Part shown: positions 9,467 through 20,203 of the stretch, in pieces
Numbering within the stretch: position 1 is the first letter of the stretch
Layout of the letters: each line of letters starts with the position of its first letter
Source: an uncultured Holophagales bacterium
GTDB lineage: Bacteria; Acidobacteriota; Thermoanaerobaculia; Multivoradales; UBA5704
Length of the DNA: 64,000 nucleotides
Assembly (NCBI GenBank): GCA_963842525.1
Contig: CAWJGT010000008.1
Coordinates: forward strand, 32,001 to 96,000
Direction of reading: 5' to 3'
Notes under the pieces: model-generated
Seen by the model: the letters and a program-made list of their open reading frames with translations, nothing else
What the model was told of the DNA's origin: nothing
The model's database searches: none
Position numbers and translations under genes: made by a program

Positions 9467-10791
9467 TGGGGCTCCCCCTGATAGAACTTCTTGGCGATGA
9501 GCTCGAGGTAGCTGATGCCGGTGGTGGGCGCTTCTCTGGCCGGCTCGCTGTTTCTTTCGAGTCGGCGCAGGGTGGCGTTGGTGGCGAGGTCGAGCCGGCG
9601 CAGAGGCAGCTCGGCGCTCTGGCCTTTGCGGCAAAAGTGGACGGGCCGGGCGGGGTCATAGGGATCGTAGAGGACGTCGACGGTCTCACCGGCATAGCCA
9701 TCGGGAGCCTCATAGAGACGGCCGTCGAGGTGGACGGTGCGGTCGCGGCCGACCCGGCGGGTGACCTTCATGCGCAGCCAGGCCTCCAGGTGCTCGGGGG
9801 CCGGGCGGATCAGGGCCTGGTCCTTCAGAAAGCGGTCCAGAGGCGTTTGCCCGTCCAGGCCGCCGTGGGCAGTCTGGTGATACTCGCCCTCCAGCCAGGC
9901 CCAGAAGACGCGGTTGAGCTGGGCCAGATCGGCGAGGACCTCGCTGGTGAGGTGGGGGACAAAGGCGGTGCGGACGTGGCGGAAGAAGCGCTCGATCTTG
10001 CCGCGACCGCGCGGCTTGTGGGGCCGGGAGTGGACCAGGGAGATGTTCAGCGTGGCGCAGATGACCTGCAGGTGGTGGGTGCGGAAGGTGGCGCCGTTGT
10101 CGCAGTAGAGCCGTCGCGGCAGGCCGCGGCGCAGCAGAGCCTGCTTCAGAGCGTCCTGGAAGCAGGCGGCGTTTTCGGCCAGGTAGAAGGCGGCAAACGG
10201 CACCATGCGCGAGGCGTCATCGAGGAAGGCGTAGAGGTAGGTCTTGCCGCCGTCCTTGCGCCCCGGCACCAGCAGGCGGGGCCCGTGCATCAGGTCGGAG
10301 GTCCACAGGTCGTTGACATGCGGAAAGGTGAAAGCCAAAGCGTCCGGCTCGGCGCTGGACCCTTGGCGGGCCGGCACCGCCTGGGCGGCGAAGAAGCGGT
10401 GCACGCTGCTGCGCGACAGCCGCAGATTGGGCGCAAAGCGGCCGCACAGATGCACGGCGCGGATCAGGCTGTCGAGCGAAGCACCGGGCCGCTCGGCCCG
10501 CAGCGCCAGCAGCAGATCCTGCACCTCCTCCGGGATCGCCCGCGAGCGCCCGGCATCGGTACGCGGGCCCGGCTTGAGCCCCTCAAACCCATGGATCTGG
10601 TACAGCTCGAGCCAATCTCGCACCGTCGAACGGCCGACGTGGCTGCGCGCGCTGCCCGGGATCGTCCACGTCTTTTCCGCGATCGCACACAACAGCTTCT
10701 CTTTTTCGCGTGGCGCCAACGGCCGGCTGATCAGCTCGGCAATGACGCTGTGGCGAAACAACGCAATCTGCTCTCTTTGGCTCTCATCCAT
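9463..10791 (-). CDS. DDE transposase (rve core, Mu-transposase-like C-terminus)
   Basis: LWTSD, AFLDDASR, LYCDNG and GKIERFF motifs; N-terminal HTH. Confidence 0.94.
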   Translation of the reverse strand: MDESQREQIALFRHSVIAELISRPLAPREKEKLLCAIAEKTWTIPGSARSHVGRSTVRDWLELYQIHGFEGLKPGPRTDAGRSRAIPEEVQDLLLALRAERPGASLDSLIRAVHLCGRFAPNLRLSRSSVHRFFAAQAVPARQGSSAEPDALAFTFPHVNDLWTSDLMHGPRLLVPGRKDGGKTYLYAFLDDASRMVPFAAFYLAENAACFQDALKQALLRRGLPRRLYCDNGATFRTHHLQVICATLNISLVHSRPHKPRGRGKIERFFRHVRTAFVPHLTSEVLADLAQLNRVFWAWLEGEYHQTAHGGLDGQTPLDRFLKDQALIRPAPEHLEAWLRMKVTRRVGRDRTVHLDGRLYEAPDGYAGETVDVLYDPYDPARPVHFCRKGQSAELPLRRLDLATNATLRRLERNSEPAREAPTTGISYLELIAKKFYQGEPQ

Positions 10792-10882
10792 CGCACGAAG
10801 TCTCCGCAATCGGGCTCTGGGACCATCCCACAGCCCCCGCCAGTAGCTTCGTGGCAGAACCCTGCGATGGGTAGTTACCAAC

Positions 10883-11446
10883 CTATGGAGAGGCCTCCCC
10901 TGACCGCCAGGACGGCCGGCCGTGGCGGAACAGTCCGCTCACTCCGCCGAAAAAGCAGCCCCAGGACGACCACAGAAAGTGCCGCAGCCGCGTCAACCAA
11001 CCCGCCGCCTGGCCCACCACCTCCTGCGCCCCCCGCCACCACGGAGCCGGCACTGGCCCCAGCAGCGCCTGCAGCTTGGCGGCAAAGGGCTCGTGCGCGC
11101 TGCGCAGCCAACCCCGCACCCGCCGCACCCCCGAACTGCCGCACTGCCCTGAAACCTCGGCGCCTTCGCTCGGACTCCCCGCAGCCAGACCCGCCTCCAC
11201 GGCCGCCAAGGTCAAATCGCGATAGGCGCACACGTCCTCCGGCAACACCGCATGGCTGACCCTGCAACGCGGGCACCGCACCCGCCGCAAGGCCTGAAGC
11301 ACTCCTGCGAGGAAGCGCTTGTAGGAGCCGTGGCCCCGCAGACGGGTCCTCTGACAATCCGGATCCGGGCAGCTCAGCTCGGGAACCGCCCCGCCGTCCA
11401 TCTGCTCTCGATACTGCTTGCAGCCCACGCCCTTCAGACTTAACAT
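10883..11446 (-). CDS. Zn-finger accessory protein of the transposon (DUF6431-like)
   Basis: CPDPDC...HGSYKR...RVRCPRCRVSHAVLP; GAGGAGG RBS before the ATG at 11446. Confidence 0.8.
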   Translation of the reverse strand: MLSLKGVGCKQYREQMDGGAVPELSCPDPDCQRTRLRGHGSYKRFLAGVLQALRRVRCPRCRVSHAVLPEDVCAYRDLTLAAVEAGLAAGSPSEGAEVSGQCGSSGVRRVRGWLRSAHEPFAAKLQALLGPVPAPWWRGAQEVVGQAAGWLTRLRHFLWSSWGCFFGGVSGLFRHGRPSWRSGEASP

Positions 11447-13340
11447 GGCCTCCTCTCGGAAGCCCGTCGGGTCATCCCCGGTCCGCCAAAAGACACAAGG
11501 AGAGCCCGGCGGGCTTCGCTTGCCTTGCCCGACCTCTCCACAGGCAAAATCGTCCCGCACTCCTGCGCCGACGAATCTACCTGACCACGCTGAAAACTGG
11601 GAAAAACTCAGGCGGCGGTCACGAAATAAGGCGGGCGTCTACACCGGACACCAAGACACGGTTTGGAGCGTGGTCTTCAGCCCTGACGGCAAGACCATTG
11701 CCAGCGCCTCCGACGACAACACCGTGCGACTGTGGCCGACTGAGTTCGGCTCGGAAATCAAAACCTTGACCGGACACCAAGACACGGTTTGGAGCGTGGT
11801 CTTCAGCCCTGACGGCAAGACCCTCGCCAGCGCCTCCTCCGACAACACCGTGCGACTCTGGCAGGCCGAGTCCGGCTCGGAAATTGAAACCTTGACCGGG
11901 CACCAAGACACGGTTTGGAGCGTGGCTTTCAGCCCTGACGGCAAGACCCTCGCCAGCGCTCCCGACGACAACACCGTGCGACTGTGGCAGACCGAGTCCG
12001 GCTCGGAAATCAGAACCTTGACCGGACACCAAGACACGGTCAGGAGCGTGGTCTTCAGCCCTGACGGCAAGACCCTTGCCAGTGCCTCCGACGACAACAC
12101 CGTGCGACTGTGGCAGACCGAGTCCGGCTCGGAAATCAGAACCTTAACCGGACACCAAGACACAGTCTGGAGCGTGGTCTTCAGCCCTGACGGCAAGACC
12201 CTCGCCAGCGCCTCCTCCGACAACACCGTGCGACTCTGGCAGACCGAGTCTGGCTCGGAAATCAGAACCTTAACCGGACACCAAGACACAGTCTGGAGCG
12301 TGGTCTTCAGCCCTGACGGCAAGACCCTCGCCAGCGCCTCCTCCGACAACACCGTGCGACTCTGGCAGGCCGACTCCGGCTCGGAAATCAAAACTTTGAC
12401 CGGACACCAAGACACAGCCTGGAGCGTGGCCTTCAGCCCTGACGGCAAGACTCTTGCCAGCGCCTCCTTCGACAAAACCGTCCGACTGTGGCAGACCGAC
12501 TCCGACTCGGAAATCAGAACCTTGACTGGACACCAAGACACGGTCAGGAGCGTGGTCTTCAGCCCTGACGGCAAGACCCTCGCCAGCGCCTCCGAAGACA
12601 AAACCGTCCGGCTCTGGCAAACCGACAGCGGCTCCGAGATCCGGGCTCTCACAGGACACCAGAACACGGTCTGGAGCGTGGCCTTCAGACCAAACGGAGA
12701 GACCCTCGCCAGCGCCTCCGCCGACCAAACCATACGCCTCTGGGACGTAGCGACCGGCCGGTGCCTGGCGGTTCTTCTTTCCCTTCCTGAAGGGTGGGTG
12801 GCGTTCTCTCCGGATGGCCGCTACAAATTCGGCGGCGTGCCGGCCGGGGGGTTCTGGCACGCGATCAGCCTCTGCCGGTTCGAGCCCGGCGAGCTCGACG
12901 AGTGGATTCCCGGCCTGCGGTTGGCGGACGACGCCTCGTTCCTCGACCTGCCGGCCTGGAAGCCCGAGGTGAGCCGCCGCACCAGCGAGGTGTTGTAGAC
13001 CTCACGGGGCAAAGCTCACCTGCCCCTGGCCTCGTACTGCTGAAAAAGGAGCTTGCTGCGCCGAGGTGGAGGCCGACCGGGCCGAGGTACAGTCGATCTG
13101 CGCCGTGGCGCGGGTTGGCCGGCCGAGGTGCAGATGGGCTGCGCCAAAGCCGGGCATACCTGTACCTTGGCGCAGGTAGACCCCACCATGGTGCAGGTCA
13201 CCTACGCCTCGGCGTTGGTGCGCACGCCGAGGTGCAGCCGGGCTGCGCCGAGGTCGCGTCCGACTGCGCCGAAGCCGGGAAACCTCCAGAATCGGCGCAG
13301 CTCGACCAGAAATCGGCTCTGGATTGGGTGGGTGGGCCTG

Positions 13341-14069
13341 ATAGGGGTAGGGAGGACCGGTTACCCGGCCCCCCCTCCCTCCGAACCGGACTTGCGGATC
13401 TCCCGCATCCGGCTCTCCGGTTGGTGGTTTTACCTCAGAGAGGATTGACGGCCTGTTCATAGGCTGTGGAATCGGAGAACAGCCTATGCACAGCAAAGAG
13501 TTTGACAGCTTCTTTCGACCTCAGCTTCGAGGCCCGTCAACATAGACTTGGCTCGGACTGACGATTCCTCCCACGCCCACTGGCCTTGGGAGTCTCCGGC
13601 TCGGTTAGCCCTCAGGGCACTCACACGCGGTCTCACTTCCGTCAGACTCCGCCTCCTCTATCCACCTTCCTGTCCTCCTTTGCTCCACGCCCGTTACGGC
13701 GCTTCTCAGCTCCTATGAGGACTCTGACTCCTCGGCAAGTCTCCGGCCCGACCGAGGGCTCCCCGCTTCACGTCACTCGTCCCTGCGAGACCATTCTGCC
13801 TCCAACCACCCCATGGCCCCCATGGCCGCTTTCTCACGCTACCCCTCAGCGCCGTGGGCTTCCCTTGCGGGTCTGAGCTTCGCCTTTACTCCGCAGGCTC
13901 GCCGGGTACATAAGGCCGAATCGAGTTCGTCATTCTGCGGACTGGTCTCTCACCTCCGGTTGCTCCCCACCCCGCCTCGCGGCGACGCAGTTACCTTCGG
14001 TTTCAGGCCGGAGAGCGTATGCCTGGAGAGGACTTGCACCTCTCTGAACGAGTGCGCTCACGGGCGCAC
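13341..14069 (-). mobile_element. ORF-less group II intron (729 nt)
   Basis: Minus strand begins GTGCGCCCG. Domain V is GAGCCGGATGCGGGAGATCCGCAAGTCCGGTTCG and domain VI ends ...CCTACCCCTAT. Only short N- and C-terminal remnants of an RT ORF remain. Confidence 0.9.
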
Positions 14070-14206
14070 GGAGCGCCGGCGTCCCGCCGGCTCTCCACGA
14101 GGCCGTGGATGAGACGAAGCCGCCGACTGCTGGAGCGGTGGCGGTGTCTGGCGGTGCCTCAGCGGTCGGCGCAGCTCCGGGCCGGCGGGACGCCGGCGCT
14201 CCCAGG
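14070..14206. repeat. Inverted pair of REP-like palindromes (GCCGGCGGGACGCCGGCGCTCCCAGG)
   Basis: Intact copy at 14181-14206 (+). The minus-strand copy at 14091-14070 is interrupted by the intron and completed by CAGG at 13340-13337. Confidence 0.8.
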
Positions 14207-14350
14207 GTTCCCTCTGGCCGAGGCACCCATCTTGCAGCCCGAAAAGGCCGTGCTATAGGATGACCTTGTGACGACTTTCACAAAGTCCCTTGAACCCAGA
14301 CCTGCGCTCCGATATCGTCCTGTCGCTGGGTGGCTAGGGAGGGCCGTCCG

Positions 14351-15007
14351 ATGCAGATCTTCCATCGCAGCACCAACACGGTCGCCAAGGTGAGCATCTT
14401 TGGCGCGGTCTTCTTCCTGGCGTTCTTCGCCTGGGTCTTCTCGACCCTGCTGCGCTCGTCGTACGCCACACGCCAGGGGGTGATCCTCAAGCAGCCGGTG
14501 CCGTTCAGCCACGACCATCACGTCACGGGCCTGGGGATCGACTGCCGGTACTGCCACACTTCGGTGGAGACGTCGGGCTTCGCCGGGATCCCGTCGACCG
14601 AGACGTGCATGAACTGCCACCGGCAGATCTGGACGAACGCGGACATGCTGGAGCCGGTGCGGGCGAGCTTTCGCGACAACGTGCCGATCCAGTGGACCCG
14701 CGTGCACGACCTGCCCGACTTCGTCTACTTCAACCACAGCGTCCACGTGGCCAAGGGGATCGGCTGCGTGACCTGCCACGGGCAGGTGGACCAGATGCCG
14801 CTGGTGTTCCAGGAGGCTTCGCTCCAGATGGAGTGGTGCCTGGACTGCCACCGCGATCCCGGGAAATTTGTGCGGCCGCGCGAAGAGGTGTTCAACCTCC
14901 AGTGGCAGCCGCCGGCCGATCCGGCCGCGGCCAGGGCGCTGCAGGCGCGGCTGGTCAAGGAGTATGACGTGAGGCCGATGACGAGCTGCTCGACCTGCCA
15001 CAGGTGA
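14351..15007 (+). CDS. actA: Alternative complex III pentaheme cytochrome c
   Basis: N-terminal TM helix, QPVPFSH and five CxxCH motifs; first gene of the operon. Confidence 0.93.
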   Translation: MQIFHRSTNTVAKVSIFGAVFFLAFFAWVFSTLLRSSYATRQGVILKQPVPFSHDHHVTGLGIDCRYCHTSVETSGFAGIPSTETCMNCHRQIWTNADMLEPVRASFRDNVPIQWTRVHDLPDFVYFNHSVHVAKGIGCVTCHGQVDQMPLVFQEASLQMEWCLDCHRDPGKFVRPREEVFNLQWQPPADPAAARALQARLVKEYDVRPMTSCSTCHR

Positions 15008-15065
15008 GAGCGGGCGGGCTGCCAGACCGGATCCCTGACACGACTCAACGAGAGCGAGCCAACGG

Positions 15066-18000
15066 ATGGACAGCACCAGCGGTGTGAAAGGCAAATGCGG
15101 CGCCGAGGCGGGCTGCCGGTGCGGGGCGGCCGAGCCCCTCGACCTGGAGCAGGTGCGCGCGAAGCTGCGGGACAAGAAGGGGCCGGAGCTCTGGCGGAGC
15201 CTCGAAGAGCTCGCCGGGACCCCGCAGTTCGAGGAAATGCTCCACCGCGAGTTCCCGCGCCAGGCCTCCGAGTGGCCTTCTGGGGCCGAGGGAGCTGAAG
15301 GCGTCTCCCGCCGCGGCTTCCTGCAGCTCGCCGGCGCCTCCCTCGCTCTCGCCGGCCTGACCGGCTGCACGAAGCAGCCGGTCGAGAGGATCGTCCCCTA
15401 CGTGCGCCAGCCCGAGCAGGTCATCCCGGGCAAGCCGCTGTTCTTCGCCACCGCCCTCACCCTGGGCGGCTATGCGACCGGCGTCCTCGCCGAGAGCCAC
15501 CTGGGCCGGCCGACGAAGATCGAGGGCAACCCGGACCACCCGGCGAGCCTCGGCGCCACCGACGTCTTCTCCCAGGCCGCCGTCCTGACGCTCTACGACC
15601 CGCAGCGCTCACAGTCGGTCGCCCGCGCCGGCCGCATCTCGACCTGGAGCGGCTTCGTCAGCGACACCGGGGCGGCGCTGCGCGCTCTCCAGGCGCTCGG
15701 CGGGGACGGGCTCCGCATCCTCACCGGCGCGGTCACCTCGCCGACCCTCGCGGCGCAGATCCAGGCGCTGCTCACGCAATACCCGCGGGCCCGCTGGCAC
15801 CGCTGGGAGCCGGCCGGGCACCACCACGCCCACGCCGCCGCGATGAGCGCCTTCGGCCGTCCGGTCGAGACCCGCTACGACTTCTCGCGCGCCGCCGTGG
15901 TCCTGGCGATCGACTCCGACGTCCTCACCTGCGGGCCGGGCAACGTCCGCTACTCGCGCGACTTCACCGCCAACCGCCAGGTGCGGGCGAGCCGCCCGGA
16001 GATGAACCGCCTCTACTGCGTCGAGAGCATGCCGACCAACACCTCGACGATCTCCGACCACCGGCTGCAGCTCCCGCCCGCCGAGGTCGAGGCCTTCACG
16101 GCCGCCCTTGCGCAGGCCCTGGGTGTGACAGGCGCAGGCGGCGGCCAGGTGCTGGCCGACGATTTGACCGGTAAAAGGGCGCAGCGCTGGGTGCAGGCCG
16201 TGGCGCAGGATCTGCGGCAGAATGCCGGCCGCTCGCTCGTCGCCGGCGACGAATACCTCTCGCCGGCCTGCCAGGTGCTGATCCACGCCATCAACCAGGC
16301 CCTCGGCAACGTGGGCGCGACCGTCTTCCACACCGAGCCGGTCGAGGCCGCGCCGGTCCCCCCGGCTCCCTCCGTCTCCTACGCCGAATCGCTCGCCGAG
16401 CTGGTGCGCGACATGGGCGCCGGCCGGGTCGACATCCTGCTGATGCTCGACGGCGTCAACCCGGTCTACACCTCGCCGGCCGACCTCGGCTTCGCCGCCG
16501 CCCTGGACAAGGTGCGGCTGCGCATCCACCACGGCCTGTACGGGGACGAGACCTCCGAGCGCTGCCACTGGCACATCCCGGCGGCGCACGAGCTCGAGAC
16601 CTGGAGCGACGCCCGCGCCTTCGATGGCACGGTCAGCATCATCCAGCCGCTGATCGAGCCGCTCTACGACGGCAAGAGCGCGCACGAGGTGCTGGCCGCC
16701 CTCGGCAGCCAGCCGGATGCCACGAGCTACGACCTGGTCCGGGCGCACTGGCAGACCCTGCTGGTCGGGGACTTCGAGGGGGCTTGGCGCGCCGCCCTGC
16801 ACGACGGCTTCCTGCCCAACACCCAGCTCCCGCCGGTCTCCGCCGGAGTGGCGGGCGGCGCGGCGCAGCAGGCCGCCGCCCAGATCCTCCAGGACGTCCA
16901 GCGGGCCCGCGCGCAGAAAGATGTGATCACCTTGTGCTTCCGTCCCGATCCGACGGTCTGGGATGGCCGCTTCGCGAGCAACACTTGGCTCCAGGAGCTG
17001 CCCAAGCCGATCACCAAGCTCACCTGGGACAATGCCGTCCTGCTCGGCCCGGCCACGGCCCAGCGCCTGGGCGTGCGCCTGGAAGAGAAAATCGAGCTGA
17101 CCTGGAAGGGGCGCAAGCTCCAGGCCGCCGTCTGGGTGCAGCCCGGGATGGCCGAGAACACGGCCGTGCTCACCCTCGGCTATGGCCGCACCCGCGCCGG
17201 CCAGCACGCCAGCGGGGCCGGCTTCAACGCCTACGCGTTGCGGACCTCGGACGCGCTGTGGACCGCCCGCGGGGTCGAGGTCCGCGGCCTCGGCGAGCAC
17301 CACGCCTTCGCCTGCACGCAGAACCACCACGTGCTGGAGAGCGGCGAGAGCGAAATCCCCCTGGCCTCCGCGGAGGCCGAGCGCCGGCACTTGATCCGCA
17401 CTGGCACGCTGGAGCAATTCCGGCAGGACCGGGACTTCATCAAGAAGCACCGCGAGAAGCCAAAGGACGACATGTCCATGTATCCCGCCCATAAGTACGA
17501 GGGGCACAAGTGGGGCATGGCCATCGACTTGAACGTCTGCACGGGCTGCAGCTCCTGCGTGATCGCCTGCCAGGCGGAGAACAACATCCCGGTGGTCGGC
17601 AAGGACCAGGTGCTCGCCGGGCGCGAGATGCACTGGCTGCGCATCGACCGCTATTTCTACGGCGTCCTCGACGAGCCGGCGATCCACAACCAGCCGGTCC
17701 CCTGCATGCACTGCGAGAACGCCCCCTGCGAGGTGGTCTGCCCGGTGGCAGCCACGGCGCACAGCGACGAAGGCCTGAACGACATGGTCTACAACCGTTG
17801 CGTGGGCACCCGCTACTGCTCGAACAACTGCCCCTACAAGGTGCGGCGGTTCAACTTCCTGCGTTACAGCGACCGGGAGAGCCCGCTCATGCGCATGCTG
17901 TACAACCCGGACGTCACGGTGCGCATGCGCGGCGTGATGGAGAAGTGCACCTACTGCGTACAGCGGATCGAGCAGGCGAAGATCGAGTCCAAGGTCGAGG

Positions 18001-18242
18001 GGCAGGGCATCCCGGTCGACAAGCTCCAGACCGCCTGCCAGCAGTCCTGTCCCACGCAGGCGATCGTCTTCGGCGACCTGAACGACGAGGCCTGGACGGT
18101 GACGCAGTGGCAGGCGGATCCGCTCAATTACGGCCTCCTCGAAGAGATCAACACCCGGCCGCGCACCACCTATCTCGCCAAGCTGCGCAATCCGAATCCC
18201 CTGCTCGAACCGGCGGAAAGGACTGAGCATGGCCACTCTTGA
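15066..18242 (+). CDS. actB: Alternative complex III molybdopterin-like/Fe-S subunit
   Basis: WRSLEEL, Tat motif [19 protein letters not shown] and C-terminal ferredoxin Cys clusters. Confidence 0.94.
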   Translation: MDSTSGVKGKCGAEAGCRCGAAEPLDLEQVRAKLRDKKGPELWRSLEELAGTPQFEEMLHREFPRQASEWPSGAEGAEGVSRRGFLQLAGASLALAGLTGCTKQPVERIVPYVRQPEQVIPGKPLFFATALTLGGYATGVLAESHLGRPTKIEGNPDHPASLGATDVFSQAAVLTLYDPQRSQSVARAGRISTWSGFVSDTGAALRALQALGGDGLRILTGAVTSPTLAAQIQALLTQYPRARWHRWEPAGHHHAHAAAMSAFGRPVETRYDFSRAAVVLAIDSDVLTCGPGNVRYSRDFTANRQVRASRPEMNRLYCVESMPTNTSTISDHRLQLPPAEVEAFTAALAQALGVTGAGGGQVLADDLTGKRAQRWVQAVAQDLRQNAGRSLVAGDEYLSPACQVLIHAINQALGNVGATVFHTEPVEAAPVPPAPSVSYAESLAELVRDMGAGRVDILLMLDGVNPVYTSPADLGFAAALDKVRLRIHHGLYGDETSERCHWHIPAAHELETWSDARAFDGTVSIIQPLIEPLYDGKSAHEVLAALGSQPDATSYDLVRAHWQTLLVGDFEGAWRAALHDGFLPNTQLPPVSAGVAGGAAQQAAAQILQDVQRARAQKDVITLCFRPDPTVWDGRFASNTWLQELPKPITKLTWDNAVLLGPATAQRLGVRLEEKIELTWKGRKLQAAVWVQPGMAENTAVLTLGYGRTRAGQHASGAGFNAYALRTSDALWTARGVEVRGLGEHHAFACTQNHHVLESGESEIPLASAEAERRHLIRTGTLEQFRQDRDFIKKHREKPKDDMSMYPAHKYEGHKWGMAIDLNVCTGCSSCVIACQAENNIPVVGKDQVLAGREMHWLRIDRYFYGVLDEPAIHNQPVPCMHCENAPCEVVCPVAATAHSDEGLNDMVYNRCVGTRYCSNNCPYKVRRFNFLRYSDRESPLMRMLYNPDVTVRMRGVMEKCTYCVQRIEQAKIESKVEGQGIPVDKLQTACQQSCPTQAIVFGDLNDEAWTVTQWQADPLNYGLLEEINTRPRTTYLAKLRNPNPLLEPAERTEHGHS

Positions 18243-19653
18243 CGACGGCGGCGCGACGTTCTCTCCCGCCGCTCCGCCCTCCAAGCCGCCAGTCGTGGCC
18301 CCGGGGCATACGACGGCGACGGTCACCGACAAGATCAGCTCGGTGGTCCTGCAGAAGGCGCCCAAGTGGTGGTTCGCCGCCTTCGGGATCTCGTTCATGA
18401 TCATGATGCTCTTCCTGATGTCGGTGACCTGGCTGCTCGTCAAGGGTGTCGGCATCTGGGGCGTCAATCAGCCGGTGGGCTGGGGCTTCGCGATCATCAA
18501 CTTCGTCTGGTGGATCGGCATCGGCCACGCCGGCACGCTGATTTCGGCGATCCTGTTGCTCTTGCGCCAGGAGTGGCGGACGTCGATCAACCGCTTCGCC
18601 GAAGCGATGACGCTCTTCGCGGTGGCCTGCGCCGGCATGTTCCCGGTCCTCCATCTCGGCCGGCCGTGGCTCGCCTACTGGCTGTTCCCCTATCCGAACA
18701 CCATGGGCATGTGGCCGCAGTTCCGCAGCCCGCTGGTGTGGGACGTGTTCGCGGTTTCCACGTACGCCACGGTGTCGATGCTCTTCTGGTACGTCGGCCT
18801 GATCCCCGACCTGGCGACGCTGCGCGACCGGTCGAAGAACCGTTTTGCCAAGGTCGTCTACGGCTTCGGCGCCATGGGCTGGCGCGGCGTCTCGTCGCAC
18901 TGGCACAACTACGAGACGGCCTACGTGCTGCTCGCCGGCCTGGCCACGCCGCTGGTGCTCTCGGTCCACACCGTGGTGTCGTTCGATTTCGCCATCGGCA
19001 TCATCCCGGGCTGGCACGCCACGATCTTCCCTCCCTACTTCGTGGCCGGCGCGATCTACGCCGGCTTCGCCATGGTCCTGCTCCTCGCCATCCCGCTGCG
19101 CGCGGTCTTCGGCCTGCAGGACTTCATCACCACACGCCATCTGCAGAACATGGGCAAGGTGATGCTGGCGACCGGCATGATCGTGGTCTACGGCTACCTG
19201 ATGGAGTTCTTCTTCGCCTGGTACAGCGGCAACCACTACGAGAAGTTCGCGTTCATCAACCGCGTCTTCGGGCCGTACAAATGGCACTGGTTCGGGCTGA
19301 TCCTCTGCAACGGCTTCGTGCCGCAGCTCCTCTGGTTCCGGCGCTTCCGCACGTCGCCGGCCTGGCTGTTCGTGATCTCGCTGATCGTCAGCGTCGGCAT
19401 GTGGCTGGAGCGCTTCATCATCGTGGTGACCAGCCTGCACCGCGACTTCCTGCCGTCGTCGTGGGGCATGTACCAGGGCACGCGGTGGGACTGGATGACC
19501 TTCGCCGGCACCATCGGCCTGTTCCTGACCCTGTTCTTCCTGTTCATCCGCTTCCTGCCGATGATCTCGATCTTCGAGATGCGCACCATCGTGCCCGGCA
19601 CCAAGGGGAGCGCGTCCACGGAGGTGCCTGCGAATGACCCAGGCCCACGGTAA
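18229..19653 (+). CDS. actC: Alternative complex III NrfD-like membrane subunit
   Basis: [31 protein letters not shown] and HLGRPW motifs. Confidence 0.95.
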   Translation: MATLDDGGATFSPAAPPSKPPVVAPGHTTATVTDKISSVVLQKAPKWWFAAFGISFMIMMLFLMSVTWLLVKGVGIWGVNQPVGWGFAIINFVWWIGIGHAGTLISAILLLLRQEWRTSINRFAEAMTLFAVACAGMFPVLHLGRPWLAYWLFPYPNTMGMWPQFRSPLVWDVFAVSTYATVSMLFWYVGLIPDLATLRDRSKNRFAKVVYGFGAMGWRGVSSHWHNYETAYVLLAGLATPLVLSVHTVVSFDFAIGIIPGWHATIFPPYFVAGAIYAGFAMVLLLAIPLRAVFGLQDFITTRHLQNMGKVMLATGMIVVYGYLMEFFFAWYSGNHYEKFAFINRVFGPYKWHWFGLILCNGFVPQLLWFRRFRTSPAWLFVISLIVSVGMWLERFIIVVTSLHRDFLPSSWGMYQGTRWDWMTFAGTIGLFLTLFFLFIRFLPMISIFEMRTIVPGTKGSASTEVPANDPGPR

Positions 19654-20203
19654 TCAGCGCGAGCAGCTCGAGCGGCGCGAGATCTACGGCCTGATGGCCG
19701 AGTTCCAGTCGGCCGAGGCCCTGATCGAGGCGGCGCACAAGGTCCACGCGGCGGGCTACGAGCGCGCCGAGGCCTATACGCCCTACCCGATCGAGGAGCT
19801 TGCCCACGCCCTCGGCCATCATCGCTCGAAGCTGCCGCTGATCGTGCTGATCGGCGGCCTGTGCGGCATGGTGGGCGGCTACATGCTCCAGTACTGGGCG
19901 TCGGTGATCGAATATCCGCTCAACATCGGCGGCCGGCCGTTCCACAGTTGGCCCGCCTTCATCGTGCCGACCTTCGAGACGACGATCCTGGCGGCGGCGC
20001 TGTCGGCGGTGCTCGGCATGTTCGCCCTGAACGGGCTGCCGCACCCGTACCACCCGGTCTTCAACGTGCCGCGCTTCGCCCTGGCGTCGCGCGACCGCTA
20101 CTTCCTGGTGGTCGAGGCGCGCGATCCGAAGTTCGACCGCGACCAGACCCGGAGCTTCCTCCTGGACCTCAATGCGAGCGAGGTGTCGGACGTTGAGCCC
20201 TAG
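19634..20203 (+). CDS. actD: Alternative complex III subunit D (DUF3341)
   Basis: [15 protein letters not shown] and YPLNIGGRP...PAFIVPTFE motifs. Confidence 0.93.
   Translation: MTQAHGNQREQLERREIYGLMAEFQSAEALIEAAHKVHAAGYERAEAYTPYPIEELAHALGHHRSKLPLIVLIGGLCGMVGGYMLQYWASVIEYPLNIGGRPFHSWPAFIVPTFETTILAAALSAVLGMFALNGLPHPYHPVFNVPRFALASRDRYFLVVEARDPKFDRDQTRSFLLDLNASEVSDVEP

Larger units (their letters stand above)
8269..11643 (-). mobile_element. 3,375-bp four-gene DDE transposon (Mu/IS481-like transposase + ExeA-like AAA ATPase)
   Basis: TGT...ACA ends; imperfect terminal inverted repeats (TGTCGAGTCCCGCGTAATTCCGTGGCC vs TGTAGACGCCCGCCTTATTTCGTGACC); 4-bp target duplication CCGG at 8265-8268 and 11644-11647. 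Confidence 0.92.
7760..12745 (+). repeat. Near-identical 126-bp WD40-coding tandem repeats (4 before and 9 after the transposon)
   Basis: Recurrent accggacaccaagacacggtttggagcgtggtcttcagccctgacggcaagacc... unit with 126-nt period. Confidence 0.92.
6803..12998 (+). pseudogene. TIR + pentapeptide repeat + WD40 protein (about 938 aa reconstructed), interrupted by a transposon at 8269-11643
   Basis: TIR (VFLSYSHKD...SADFLTSEFILKEE), A(D/N)LxG pentapeptide repeats and 13 GH-containing 42-aa WD repeats plus one degenerate repeat. Removing the element and one CCGG restores ...LTGHQ... in frame. Confidence 0.9.

Noticed and set aside
7760-14069. Diversity-generating retroelement acting on the WD repeats
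   Set aside because: No intact RT and no separate template repeat are visible. The nearby retroelement is a group II intron remnant, and the repeats are ordinary tandem coding units.
13002-14258. Short ORFs such as 13002-13496 and 13586-13876
   Set aside because: They are translations of intron RNA and REP sequence with no protein motifs.
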